DNA from: Paragordius varius
Lineage: Eukaryota > Animalia > Nematomorpha
Direction of reading: 5' to 3'
DNA: 64,000 bases
Assembly (NCBI GenBank): GCA_964247055.1
Contig: OZ176055.1
Coordinates: 1,984,001-2,048,000, forward strand
Part shown: positions 39,801 to 52,734 of the stretch, in pieces
Layout: every line of letters starts with the position of its first letter
How positions within the stretch are numbered: the stretch's first letter is position 1
The notes under the pieces: generated by a model
What the model was told of the DNA's origin: nothing
What the model saw: the letters and a program-made list of their open reading frames with translations, nothing else
The model's database searches: none
Translations under genes and position numbers: made by a program

Positions 39801-42520
39801 ATTGTGTTACCCATCTACAATCTCTATTTCATATTTTGCGATTTTAAACAATGATTTAAATTTTAAAATGAAATTAGTATGATTATCTTTTAAAAATATT
39901 TGTCTTTATATTTTTACGTTTTGTCCGTATAATTTCAATTTTTACTGTAATTCGATTTTCTTATTAATTTTTAATTACGGTAGAAAAAAATCGAATCAAC
40001 CTTGTTTTGGTCAGATACGGAAATTATAGCACGCATATTTTCCGGTTCACAAAAACCTTCGAATTGTAATGAGGTATATGTGCTTGAAAATATATCTTTT
40101 ATAAATTCCAAAAAAAATTAACAAAATTATATTTTTTTCGCGTTTTTCATATTTATATATTATATTTATTTCAAATGCACCCTTGAACAATACAATTTCA
40201 TCCTTGAACAATATAAATACACCCTCGAACAATTAAAATTCACCCTCAAATAAAATATATGTTTTTTAAGACTAAAAATTACATATATTTTTATATATTT
40301 AATAAAAATTTTGTTTTAAATTAAAATAATACTGAAGAAATAATAAACTATACCATAAACATCGATTTCATATTAATAATGTATTAAATGAATTCGAAAT
40401 TTTTTTAGGGTGAATTTGAATTGTTCAAGAGTGAATTTAACTGTTTGAGGGTGAGTTTTAACTGTAATAATATATATATTAGGCTTATGCTTTTAATGGT
40501 GATTATTATCAATACAGTCGAGGGAGTTTAAGCTCCTATCCTTGCATGTTTAAACGGCCTAAATATTTTGTCGATCACACTGATAAAACTAGCCTTATCA
40601 AGTTTACATTTGTTTTAATTTAAATGAATTTTGTAAATTTTATGAGTTTACATTTTTTAAAAATGTTAATTGTGATTTATATATAAAATTAAATTTTAAA
40701 AATAATTTAATGTAATGTAGAATCCTTTATCAATTTGTATACTAGTTTCTTGCTTGTTAGTACTCATTAAATAATTATATATTAGCCATACATATCTTAA
40801 CTTAGTTGTAGTTGCTTACTAATATATGGAATTATAAATAACTTCTTATATTACTTTGTAATGAAATTATTCAGAAAGCATTGTAGGAGAAAGGGCTTAT
40901 GTTACATGCACATTTCAATATTTATAGTTTATTATAAAAAAAAATTATGTCCAATTATTTTTTTCACGCAGCTATATGATATACAGTTGTAGTCAACTAT
41001 TGTTTTCCAAATAATTTTTTACAGAGTAAAAATTGAATTTAAAACGGACAAAACGTAAAAGTTTAAAGACAAATATTTTTATACCATACTTTTTTATCTT
41101 AATTTTTTTTATATAAGCTCATTTCACGATTGGATAATATATCGTGTTATCAATAAACAACTCTATTTCATACTTAAAAGTTTTATTACAATGAGTATAT
41201 ATATAAGAAACTTGAAAAAAATATTTGTCTTTATATATTTACGTTTTGTCCGTATAATTTCATTTTTTTTGTAAATTAATTAGGTCTTGCCAAACGGAAA
41301 TACAAGAAATCGAAACGACTTTTAAAAAATTAGCTGGGCAAAAGAAATCACTCATGCCCGAAACCGAGAAATATGTCCAACTCAAAAATAAAACTATTTC
41401 AAGTCTTAAGGACTTACAAGCAGAAATGCATGAATTGCAAAAGGTACTGTTTTTCTTATATATTTGATATTTTTTAGATGATTTTATCTTTTTAATTAAT
41501 AAAATATTTTATTTTATATATAATCAGAAACATAATACTGCAAAAGGCAAATTAACACATGCTACTAAGGAAATACGAAGATTAGAAAATGAGATTGAAA
41601 AAAATAAAGGTAAATTCACGTTTCTATTAAATGATTATATATATAATGATTATTTTTTTATAATTGAAAATATTTTTTTAATTGTATGCTTAGTTGTTTA
41701 TATAATATATTTCATTTTATTATATTTACAACTAATAATAGTTATAAACTGATAAAAAAAATTTAACCACAAGCCTTTTAACCGTTAAGTGTTTTTTAAC
41801 ACTATCAATAAAAAAAGTTTAGCTTTGTAATTTATATTTGCATTTTAAAACTTTGGTAGTTTCTAACTAAAGAAAACCAGTGTGACTGTTCATGAATGCA
41901 ATCATAAATTTAATACGACCATCGGATATACATGTTGAATATTTAATTAAAATTTTATACTATTATAAATTTTAATAAAATCAAAAATTGGTAAAAAAAT
42001 AGTTTTTACATTTTTACTCTAGTTAATGTTGCAAAAAATATTAAAAAAACAGTCCAATACATGTTTAACGCATGTGTATTACATATAGGGTATAAAAAAT
42101 GAGAACTCAAATCTAATTTTTTTCCAATTTATCTACTTTAATTAGTATTAATATTATATTTTGACATTTATATAACCAATTTCGATAGTTATCATTTTGT
42201 TGTTTTGTTTAGAAAATTTAAATGTTACATTTTTAATAATTAACTACTGCTTACCACCATTGATTTTTTGTATTCAAAAGCAACAGCCAGGCCAGTGCTA
42301 TTAAAATAAAAAAATGAAATTTACAGACAAAAAACATACAAAAGAAGTTTTAAAAGACAAATATATTTTTAAAACCATATTTTTTATATCATCATTCTAG
42401 TTTGGAAAATAGAAGAAGTATATTGGTAAAATACTCTATTAGATCGCGATCTAAAATTGTAAATAAGTATGTGACAATTTTTTAAAAAATATTAGTCTTT
42501 AGTGTTTGGTTTTATTGTAC

Positions 42521-42562
<42 letters not shown>

Positions 42563-43928
42563 TTAATTAAATACCGCTGGCTTTTTCATAATATACTTGT
42601 CTTGAAACATCAAATTTTATAGTACATATAAAAATATAAATATTTATGGCAAAAATCAGGTTTGAAAAAGTATATAAAACTAGTTTTTTTACATTTAAAT
42701 TTTATCCTACTTATATATATATATATATATATATAAATATCTCACATTTAGCTTTATTACATGGTACAACACTCAGCAATAAGGATGATGGGGAAGAAAG
42801 GTCGCAAACGAATAAAAATAATCCTGAATCTGATGACGACGAAATTGATACTCAAACCCTTTTAATGCAACAAACGCAAAATGATTTGTTGTTACAAACA
42901 CAGGCAACTCAAACTTTTAGGGGTGAAATTGTTCGTTGTAATGAACGTATCACAGTTTTACAGTAAAATCTAATTAAAATCTATAATCAAATTTCTTAAA
43001 GACAGCCCCATACTACCTTTGGTTCCTGATTCATTTTACATGACCTTCCTTTTTGATTAATGAAATGACATCATATAATATACATAGTGCGTTCATCCCA
43101 CTTACATCGATTTATATTTCAAAAATAATAATGGAAGACAAAGCGCATAATAGAAATATTTTACTTTTTAAAGACCACCCTTTGCCTTTTCAAACCTTGA
43201 TTTAATTTCTATAACACCTTTTTGATTACAATTATGAAATAGGTTGTAATATAATGTTTTAAGTTACATCTTTTTTCCTGATTTTGCAATGAAAAATGAT
43301 AAATTTGATATATATATATATTTATATAAATCTAGGTGTGCAAGAATTATGGTTGTCTTGTTTAATAAATATGTCTCTTGTTTTTTAAGTTTTGTCTTTA
43401 TATAATTAATTTAAATTGTTTTAAGGGCTGATAAAGATAAAATATCCCAGGATATGCAAACTGTCAAACAGGAAATAAAAACATGTCTTGACAATATACA
43501 AAAAGGCAAAGATCGAATTGAGGAACTTAAAGGAATCATAAAATCGCATCAGGTTAGTTTTATTTTATTAGCTAATGTATATATATACTTTTAACTATGT
43601 ATTACTAAAAAATATAATTATATTTAGGAATTCATTCAACAGTTTTTACATTATTTAATGTTTAGGATAGCCTATCAAATAGAGTTATATTATGTTACAT
43701 ATATTTTTATATGACCTTGTTGAAATTTTACTGTCTCTGGGAATATCAAAATTCTGTACATAGCTAAAAATGCCTTGAACCAAAATAAATGGTTTCTTTT
43801 ATCAAAATATCTTTAATTCAATTCTACACTCACTGCAAAATAATGAGAATATATATTGGTAAAACATATTAAGTACACCATTTACAAAATATCAATAGGT
43901 GATACAAAAAAACTTTATACGGATTTTT

Positions 43929-43971
<43 letters not shown>

Positions 43972-46904
43972 AGATGGTTTAAAATCGTGAATTATGTTTA
44001 TTAATACAGCATTCAACATTTTATCATTGGAACCTAAAGTGTATTTGTCGTTTCGCGGTTTTAAATGATTCCATAAAAATGATATTTTAATCATATTTTC
44101 TTTTTAATTTTTTATACAATTTTAGCTTTATTTGATTTGATTTGAATCATAAAGGTACATTGATCAAATTTTTAAGATAAAGCAGTTTTTCAGGAACCAG
44201 GCTATCTTTTTAAGTGAAAGATATGTCCCACATCACTATTTGGCACATATGAATGCTTAAATATCGGAACTATTTGTTATTGAAAATTATCAGTTTAGTA
44301 AGAAAATGACAAACCATAAACGGTTACGATTTCAGATTTAAAATTTTTCAAAAAAGAAATATTGTGATGTATAGGATGATCAGGTTGATGCATCGTCACG
44401 AGACCATATACATAATTGTCTCATGAATAAAGCAAAATGTAATGTGGAAAATTGTCAAGAACATCTGACTTCCGCCACGAAAGACATGGAAAAAATTCAA
44501 AAAGAATTTCGGGTTAACTTTTTACTTTATTCCATATTTTCCACCAATAAAAAGATTTTTATTATATTATTTGAAATAATTAAATGCTCTTTTTTAGATC
44601 AAATTTGGTGAGTTACATGACGCAGTTGAAAAGGACAAAATTCAAGATGCTGAAATCCGAACGCTATTTCGAAAAATTAAGAATAAAACTGCCCTGATTG
44701 ATAGTATTAAACGATTAGAAATTGGGAGCGAAGCACTGCAGAATGAGTAAAAATTTAGTCCTAAAAAATATTTTTTTTATGACTTTAAGCAAAATATTTT
44801 AAATCCTTTAAGTTGAGGGGGAGATTTTTCTAATAAATTTAAAGGTTTTACTAAGAAATATTAATATTTCAATAGATTGATTGGTATATCGGAAAATGAT
44901 TTGAAAGATAAACATGGAAAATATAAATTGGTTGTGGATGAATTAACAAAAGAGTTGGAAAGGACGCTAGACTTATATCAAGTCAATTTTCTTTTTTATA
45001 GAAAATTTACTAAATTGGATTGAATTTCGCAATATACCATATTAACATCAAACTCACCCTAAAAGCAATTTGTGTTTCTTAAAATTTACGTTTTGAATAT
45101 TTTATAAAAAGAAGCTATGTTTAAAATTATCATAATACAGAAAAAAGTTTAATTAAGAAATATTTTAATTAATAATGTGTTAGATTTGCTCAAAAACACT
45201 TATTCATTGATGGTATATTCTAGAATCGAAAATAGTATTTAACATTTTTTGGAATTTAAAATGCGTATTACCCATATATTTTCCTTTATTTTAATGGTAA
45301 ATTACTTATACGAAATAGTTTATATTGTTATTTCATTTGTAGAAAATTGAAGAGATAATGAATCGAAAATTCTCTGAAGCATATAGCGCTTTTTTGCAAG
45401 GCTTGTTCAACAAAATTAAGACATTTTTCAATTACAATATGGGACTCCGTAACTATGAATGTTTGCTCAATATCGATCTTGAACACAAACTCGTTAAAAT
45501 ACATGTAAACTTATAATTTTAATTTTATATGTTCAAAAAACATGAATTGTTGTTAAAATTTTATAATCTTATTAATTAATAAGTACACTAAGTTTTGGAA
45601 ATTATATTAGGTTTATAACCAGTTAAAAAATAATAATCGATGTATACTCATGTTAATTAGCTCTAATATAATTTTTTTGTCCAAATACTAATTAAATTAT
45701 ATAGTGATCATAAAGCTAATATAGAACCATTACACTAATGATATCCAGATTTTATTTAATTTAAACTTGAAGTTAAATCATTATTTTATATCTACTTTAA
45801 ATTAGGTAAACAAAGACACAATTTAAATTAGTATTTATATAAATTTTCATACGGTTTTACCCAACTCTATTTAGGATTTTAAAGACCAGTTTAAATTTTT
45901 AGATAAATTAGAAATGACTTTTTAAATAAATTTTATTCACATTACGATTAATTAATCAATTTTTATATTTAAGATATTTGATATTTTCTATTCAAAAATA
46001 ATGTTTTTATCTTCATATTTCGAAAAAGGTAAAACCCGAAAATTCGCAATCTTTTAGCACGGATCTAAAATCGCTAAGTGGTGGTGAACGGTCTTATACC
46101 TCTATCTGTTTCCTATTATCCATTTGGAATTGTTTAAAAGCCCCGTTTATTTTGGTGGATGAATTTGATGTTTTTATGGTAATTTACACTTAAAAGAGTT
46201 AGTTTTATTTATTTTTTTCCTGTAGTAATTTCTTTAAAACATTATTTTTTTTAATAATATCTATATTACAATATTTAATTTAAAAAACTAGCAATATAGT
46301 TTCACTCATACCATATTTTTTGTAATATGTAGGATACATTAAACCGTGAAGTTGGTCGAGATCTGATAATCCAAAATTTCAAACGAACTCATCAATCACA
46401 AATTATTATCATAACACCGTTAGATATTGGGTAATATTTTCAACTATCATAAAATGTATAGATATCGGACAAGTAATAAATATAGATTCTGATATTATAA
46501 GTCATAAAAAAACATAAAAATAAAATAAGCCGAATTAACCTTTGCTTATAAAGTCAAGGATAGGATGTATTCAACAGATATAGTACATTTTTAAGCTCGC
46601 TTAAATTATACAATATGAGTAAGTATACATTGCTAGAAAGTTATTTATTATAACCAAATAGCAAATACAACAAAGGGCAGTATTATTGGCTAATAATAGT
46701 GAAAAGTGAGAAAAATAACTATAAGCCAATACTGCCCTTTGTTGAGTTTACTATTTGGCAATAATATATAACTTTCTAACAGTGTATACATACTCATACT
46801 GTGATTCATAAATACATTTTTTATTTTTTTATAGAACTGTATCATTGGAAGAAAAGGACATATCAGTGTTTCAGCTGAGACCTCCAAGATCTCTTCAAGC
46901 CTAA
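30862..46904 (+). CDS. SMC6: Structural maintenance of chromosomes protein 6
   Basis: Phase-consistent exons: 30862-30988, 31296-31401, 31429-31568, 31993-32054, 32121-32201, 33158-33259, 33390-33527, 35025-35105, 35642-35788, 36147-36262, 36997-37281, 37742-37956, 38526-38707, 39241-39267, 39576-39659, 39984-40073, 40483-40601, 41284-41443, 41528-41609, 42752-42962, 43426-43552, 44375-44512, 44598-44746, 44876-44981, 45343-45504, 46029-46178, 46333-46430, 46835-46904. Walker A GPNGSGKS, NFMCH, NIQISNP..LTQD, hinge RPKGPIG, signature LSGGERSY, Walker B LVDEFDVFMD, IIITP. Confidence 0.95.
33827..34915. mobile_element. Family C element with ~100 nt inverted ends in an SMC6 intron
   Basis: 33827-34620 homologous to 20978-21745; 34825-34915 is an inverted copy of the left end (ACCACAAAAGTGTAAAT..CTCGTAAGGGCCAAAA..AAAAGCA). 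Confidence 0.62.
35337..35556. mobile_element. MITE family A copy
   Basis: CCATTTACAGTTCAA / TTGTAAATGGTA ends. Confidence 0.68.
36492..36755. mobile_element. Probable hAT-type MITE
   Basis: Imperfect TIR CAGGGCTGTTCAAC / GTTGAACACTCTTG with a GCGGGT..ACCCGC subterminal hairpin. Confidence 0.45.
39295..39530. mobile_element. Near-perfect palindromic MITE (236 nt)
   Basis: Arms TACAATGATGTATCCTTT..TATCAAAA..ATATTTGGTAAAGAATGGAAAAAACAAGA and their reverse complements; occupies most of SMC6 intron 39268-39575. Confidence 0.8.
39680..39949. mobile_element. MITE family B copy (left end degenerate)
   Basis: Right arm TTTTACGTTTTGTCCGTATAATTTCAATTTTTACTGTA identical to that of the 63660-63932 copy. 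Confidence 0.68.
40175..40465. mobile_element. MITE family A copy with expanded ~21-nt subterminal units
   Basis: Four tandem CACCCT(T/C)GAACAAT-type units on the left, three GGGTGAATTT-type units on the right. Confidence 0.68.
41020..41273. mobile_element. MITE family B copy ending 10 nt before an SMC6 exon
   Basis: TACAG..AAAAATTGAA..ACGGACAAAACG left arm and inverse right arm; acceptor AG at 41282-41283. Confidence 0.7.
42521..42556. repeat. (TA)n microsatellite
   Basis: Pure TA run; similar runs near 42712-42735, 43934-43965, 58462-58487, 59268-59300, 63762-63780. Confidence 0.9.
46609..46803. mobile_element. Palindromic MITE family D in last SMC6 intron
   Basis: TACAATATGAGTAAGTATACA..CAAAGGGCAGTATT / AATACTGCCCTTTG..TGTATACATACTCATACTGT. 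Confidence 0.75.
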
Positions 46905-48834
46905 TGATCTCATAGAGCTAACAAAATTATGGAAAAAAAGTTATTTTTATACCATTAAAATAAATTGTTTATATTTAAATAATTTTTAATATTATGTATT
47001 AATTTAAAATTTACCGCCTGGTATCAATTAAAACATTGAAATTGAGAATTGAATTAATAAAATATATATATTTTAAAATCCTAATGAATCTTTTATTTAA
47101 GTCTTCTAAAACTTATAGATTTGGCACCCCCTAAATTTGACATACCTTGGTACCTGAGTTAGTGAAATATAATTCTTTTTTTCCATATTACGTACCTTTT
47201 TTATTACAAATAGAATATTAAAAATTAAAATTTTAATTACCTTTTATAAACTATAATTTATTAAGGTTTAGGGCTAAAAATTTAAACATCGAAACTAATT
47301 CCGTAAATAAATAGATGGTCAATAATATTCAAGCACCAATAAAAATGTTGTTCTACTATGGGGAAATAATGGTTTCAGATTTTTTTTCAATGAAAAGAGT
47401 TGTTATTTTACGTATTAATAATACTATTTTTTGCGTTTAGCAGATAATCCGATCATGTTTCAGCAATTATCCTGCTCATATGATTACATAAAAAAGTGAA
47501 GACTAATATTAAAATGTCATCTTAGAGTTGTCTCGCATATAGAATAAACCGATCACCTTTATTTTTATTGCGATCTAGTTAATTGTGTGTTTTATTTCAA
47601 TAATGGCATCAAATCAAACATTATAAGCAAGCTTGGCTATATCTAAATAATATTTTTTATAACTTCTTAGACATTTAATGCAAGATATGGCATGGTTTGA
47701 TGCTTTACCGGTCTAAACTGTTTTTCTTAATTATTTCAATTAGGTATCTTATGAAATAATTATAACTCAATAAAAACCTTCCCGATTTGGAAATGTTTCA
47801 CAGTGTAGAAACATTGACCAGTACGGGTTATTAACGTTTCTGTTTGCCATCCATGATAGAATCTAAAAATTTAAGTCCGCTCAATTAAAATTAGCCCAAT
47901 GATTATGGGAAAAAAAGCTTTTAAAAAACTAATTATTTTTTATATAGTACAAGTTAAACTTCCATCCCCTTTTGGCGTAGTTTTATATCCCAAAGCCAAT
48001 ATCTCAAAAAGTATTTAAGGAAAGCCGAATTTAAAAATATGCTTTCTTTAGCCTTTTAGGCCGATTATAGACATTTTTTTTAAAAAAATGCCAAATTCTA
48101 TTAATTCCTCATCTCACACTTTTGCCGCCATTTTTTATCTAATTTTTTTACGCTAATGTAGCAGGCAAGTAAGTGCATATTATGGTTTGAAAATGTAAAT
48201 AATTAACTTAAAAGACTTTTAGGCTACATTTAACCACCAAAAACTTGATATATTCTAATTTTAATATCAGCTATTCGTCTCAATCGTCTGTCCCAATTTT
48301 AGACTTTAAAGCCACAAAAATATAAAGATTATACATTTTTATCTGATACATAAGAACGATGTTTGATAATTAAATTTTAACTAAATTTACTTTCAAAACA
48401 ATAGTTTATTTAAATTGAATTCTCGGATATAAAACTACCCCAAAAGGTAAGCTAGGACAAAGTAAAAAGAAAATAAAGTATTACGTATCCCAAATATATT
48501 ACTTGTAATTCAATTATTATAAATTTATATAGCAAAAGTGTTAAATAATAATTATTTTGCATACAAGGGAAGGCATTTGTTAACTATTGTTTCTTTGTCT
48601 CATATTATTTTGTCATAAAAAATAATTGTTTATACTTTTTATATCATATACGTTGATTGACCTTTATTTATTACGACAGGGATTCGTTTGAATATATTTA
48701 AACAAATTTGATTGTGATATTAAAATAAATATCGCATTTTTTATTTTTTCATCATCATTCAAATTTTTCAGTTCAAATATTTAATAAAAAAAGTTGTGAA
48801 ATAATTTTTACATTATTTATTTCTCCAAACAAAT

Positions 48835-51491
48835 ATGAAATCCGATATTATTCTGTTTTGTATAATTATATATACCACCATTATCGCTCAATACTCAGGT
48901 ACAAATCCTTAATAATTAATATTATAAATTATAAAAACACTACATAAGATGAAAACTTTATCCAGTTCAAAAACCGGAACCACGTTCGATCCTATGAATT
49001 TAAAAATAAAACCGAGCGGTTTCTGAAATTTTGGAACCGGAACCGCGTTGTTTCCATAAAAATTTAGCGGTTCCGGAACCGGTTTTAAATGTAAAGAACC
49101 GGTTCCATTTTCGGTTCCTGACTTTTGATTAAATTATTTATAAAATTATTATTATAATAATACAACCAAAATATTAACAATTATAAGTCAGATATAATTT
49201 ATTATAAATTGCCAAATGTATAGTGAAGGAAAAATGGTGTAGCATAATAAATGAAACAAATTATAAAACTATAATCTATATATTTATAAAAATGGAAAAT
49301 GCTGGCTTTGTGATCTGGTACCGGAAAAACGGTAGACCCAATTCCAAATATCGAAAAAATATAATCATTAATGAATGCCCCGACAATAGCTTACTTTTTT
49401 AAATTCGGCCCCCAGTTCGGGCCCACCCCGTGTGAAAAACGTTTTTTTTGAAAACAGAAGTCCACAAAAATCATGTCTTTGAGACAATTTTCTGGAGAAC
49501 GTGTTGGACCATTCAATTTCAAATATGATTTTTATTTACTTTTTGATTGCGCCGAACATAGTCGTCTCGCTTTTTAAATTTAGGCCCTCTTTTTACCCGT
49601 TCCCCCGTAAAATGCCATTTTCAAAAAACAAAATCCACAAAAATAATTTTTTAAATCTATATTTCCCCGAAGTAAACAAGATATTAATATGAATGCACCG
49701 TTTAAAATTCATATAAAATCATATTTAAATAATGTTTCAAAATAATCCACATATGTGGATCATTTTATTGTCAATTATTTCAAATAGCCCCCCCCCCCCC
49801 TAGAAATCCGAAGGACTTCGTGTTGCGTAGCAGCACGAGATTTACGCTAGTAGGAAAATATATAAGTACAAAGGTATATAATGAGTGTTAAATTAAGTAT
49901 GGTATCTAAAAAAATCTTTATTAAATTTAAAAATTATAGGACCAAGCAATTCGCTGGTCAAACTGCTTGTCAACTCTGAAAATAAAAAATTAAGGGTGAA
50001 AAAACTTCTTTCAACCGGGATTTTTATATACGATCATATGTATAATAAACAAACTGGAGTTGTGATTATTAGAGTTTTTAGATACATTTGAATCGCCCAA
50101 AATTCAGAGAGTCTCGCTTATACAATATTAGGCGCTTAGTTTTAGCTTTTAAGTTTGACATATCTAATATATAGTGGTACAATCAAATTTAAATAATAAA
50201 ATAAAATTTTTATAATAAAAATCATATGGGAACCAATAAATAAGGGTGTGGAACCGGAACTGAGCTGGTTTCTGAACGGTTGGAACCGGAACTGGGTTGG
50301 TTCCTACCCAATGGAACCGGTTCTTAATCCCAGCCACCGTGTTCCGGTTCTATGCGGTTCCGGTTCCAAGCCATAAAAGAACATTTAAAATTAATCACAT
50401 ATAACCGTTTATTGTGGAATAAAGTGTGTAAATTGGTCCATATGATTTTATAATTATTTAGATGACTTAGAAATCAAACATCATTAATCTTTAACTTCAA
50501 AGTTTTCTCTTATTATATTTAATTTTTCCTATACTTAAATCTTAGTAAAGAATATTTTTACCATATATATAGGTAAATTTCCTTTTTATGTAATACATAT
50601 AAATTAATTATATTTTAAAACGCTTGTTAAGCACTAAAATGTTACATTTGTTCGGACAATAGACCACAATCGAAATGTCAACTTACACCTAAAGAGGTAG
50701 ATGTTGGCCCTATAACATTGGAATGTGATCGACTGCATTGTTATACCCAATGGGATTTGATTGGTGGTATATTCACATATTTAAAGATATATTATGCAAT
50801 TTTTCAAAGTATTTACCTTATCTAACTGGCTGGGTGATTTTCAATGATTACTATAATGTTAATCTCGCTTATATAAATATTTTAAGTATCTTTAATAGCC
50901 AACTTCGCCCCAAAAATTTAACTCTGATATATGATTCAAAATCGATAAAAATAAATATTGGCTAACACCTATGATTGAAAAATAAGGCAGTTTTAAGTAT
51001 CGACCTTTTACTCACATACGAGTTTACTACTTAAAATATAAATTATATATAATATCTTGTAAAAATGCGTAATTCTAACAAAATTGCCATGATTTATATT
51101 TGTTTTAGGCAGTATAACATTTGTATCCCGTGGATGTGAAAACAAAGATTTCGGTAATCAATGTGTTAAGGCTCATGACGGTTCTCAAATTGTATGTTAT
51201 CACACTTGCTCAACCGATTTATGTAATGATATTGTCGATATCCATTTGCAAAATAGGACAATCATTGATTCAAACGCTCTAATTACGGAACAAGATGGTG
51301 CTGCTAAAACCACATTAGAAACCAATTCAAGAAATCGAAATAATAGAAATCGAACCGTTTTACAACAATCTTTAGCTAGAGATCAGGATGCTGATAGCAT
51401 GGCTATATCCCTATTTACCGCAACTGTGCAAAATTATTTAATGTTGTTTGTGACAGTTGTTTCCATTTATGTAATAAATTCTTACAACTAG
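48835..51491 (+). CDS. Ly6/uPAR (three-finger, quiver/sleepless-like) protein, likely GPI-anchored
   Basis: Exons 48835-48898 (signal MKSDIILFCIIIYTTIIAQYS), 50632-50766, 51109-51491; ten Cys in the pattern LKCYIC..C..C..C..RGC..C..C..CSTDLCN; hydrophobic C-terminus NYLMLFVTVVSIYVINSYN. Confidence 0.85.
48961..49121. repeat. GGAACCGG-motif cluster (MITE / hAT-like subterminal repeats); second cluster 50243-50370
   Basis: Multiple AACCGGAACC and GGTTCCGGTT motifs in both orientations within the Ly6 gene first intron. Confidence 0.55.
49275..49850 (+). mobile_element. Non-autonomous Helitron (576 nt)
   Basis: A|TCTATATATTTATAAAAATG 5' end; hairpin CGTGTTGC-GTA-GCAGCACG (49819-49837) nine nt before CTAG|T; AT target site. 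Confidence 0.8.
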
Positions 51492-52169
51492 TTCTATCCA
51501 TAAAATATATCAATAGTGCAAGAGAATTGAGCTAAATGTCTGAGTTCGTTATAATTAAAAAATCCTAAATATGAATCGCTACAATCCAACAGTTTAAATA
51601 CATATTTTTGCTATAACTATTGATTTTGCGTCCTATATAGATAGTTTAAAGGTGTATGTGGCCAGCTCTTTTATCAAAAAACTCCTTACATATATTTGGA
51701 TTTAAAGTTAGCTACTGCTTTTATATCCAAACGTTATTGTATTTGGATATATGCAGAGATATATGATAAAAACGACATAGAATCAAATTATTTTAGCACA
51801 AAAAAAGTTTTTGTGAAGAATCCTTTTAGAATTACATAGCATACACAGCGTGGTAAACAACAATGGATACAATTAAACGATTTTTACCTATAAACATTTG
51901 TGGTAATCCCTTCGATTAACTCCCAAAAAGGGCAACAATTTGAGAATCACTTCTCTTAAAGACTTAAGTTTAAATTTTACAGAATCTACTTATGACCTAT
52001 GAAGTGTGTATTTAAAAATATTTTTAAAAGTAAACTAATGTGTCAAACTTATTACCAACCTAGGATATTTCAAAATATGATTTTCTCCATTACGCCACTA
52101 GCATTCGAATACTTGCACTCGATACATATCCCTAAATTATTAACTTCAAAAAATATAAATAATCATGCG

Positions 52170-52420
52170 CGTCTAATCAAGCAGGACGTATATGAGTATT
52201 TGGCCGGCATGGGGAAGATACAGAAAATATTTCTATTGACTCAAATGTCTTATGGCTTAAAAGGTGAGTTGGAAATTATTGAGCTACCATTTTTGTGGTT
52301 AAACACATTTTAATACAATGAAACTTGGGAAAAGGTAAGGTATTAAAGCGACTGAGTTAGTACATGCTTCAAAGTTAGTTTGAATGGCCTAACACAAATT
52401 AAGGGGCCTGGGATGGGCCG
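52170..52420 (+). pseudogene. Possible RTE-like LINE remnant
   Basis: DVYEYLAG..KIQKIFLL..LPFLW..*YNETW loosely follows the FEYLG..KIW..LPVLLYGSETW region of RTE reverse transcriptases; weak. Confidence 0.22.
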
Positions 52421-52734
52421 TTAAGCGACTTAAATTTGCTTATGGTAATAAATCGACTTAATTCCATAATTAATGCTATTTTTTGAGTGATATGATTTAA
52501 AATAATGCATCTTAATTTGTGCCTTTTAGACATTTCAATCAATCTGCAGGCGCTTACAGACTCTCATGAGTCAATACTCATTCACTTGGTCCCTAAACTC
52601 ATGTATTGTTCGATTTTATAAGATTTTTTAAAAGTTATTATCGTTAAAGCTTTAATATTCAGTTTTTGATACCTTGTACTATATAATTTTAAGTCATAAA
52701 TTTTGAAATAGTTAAAGCCAGCCCATTTAACAAA

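Noticed and set aside
40177-40250. Regular ~21-nt direct repeats superficially like a CRISPR array
   Set aside because: No unique spacers, eukaryotic context, and the unit is the subterminal repeat of MITE family A.
49787-49800. Poly-C run
   Set aside because: Homopolymer inside the Helitron; length unreliable and no evident function.
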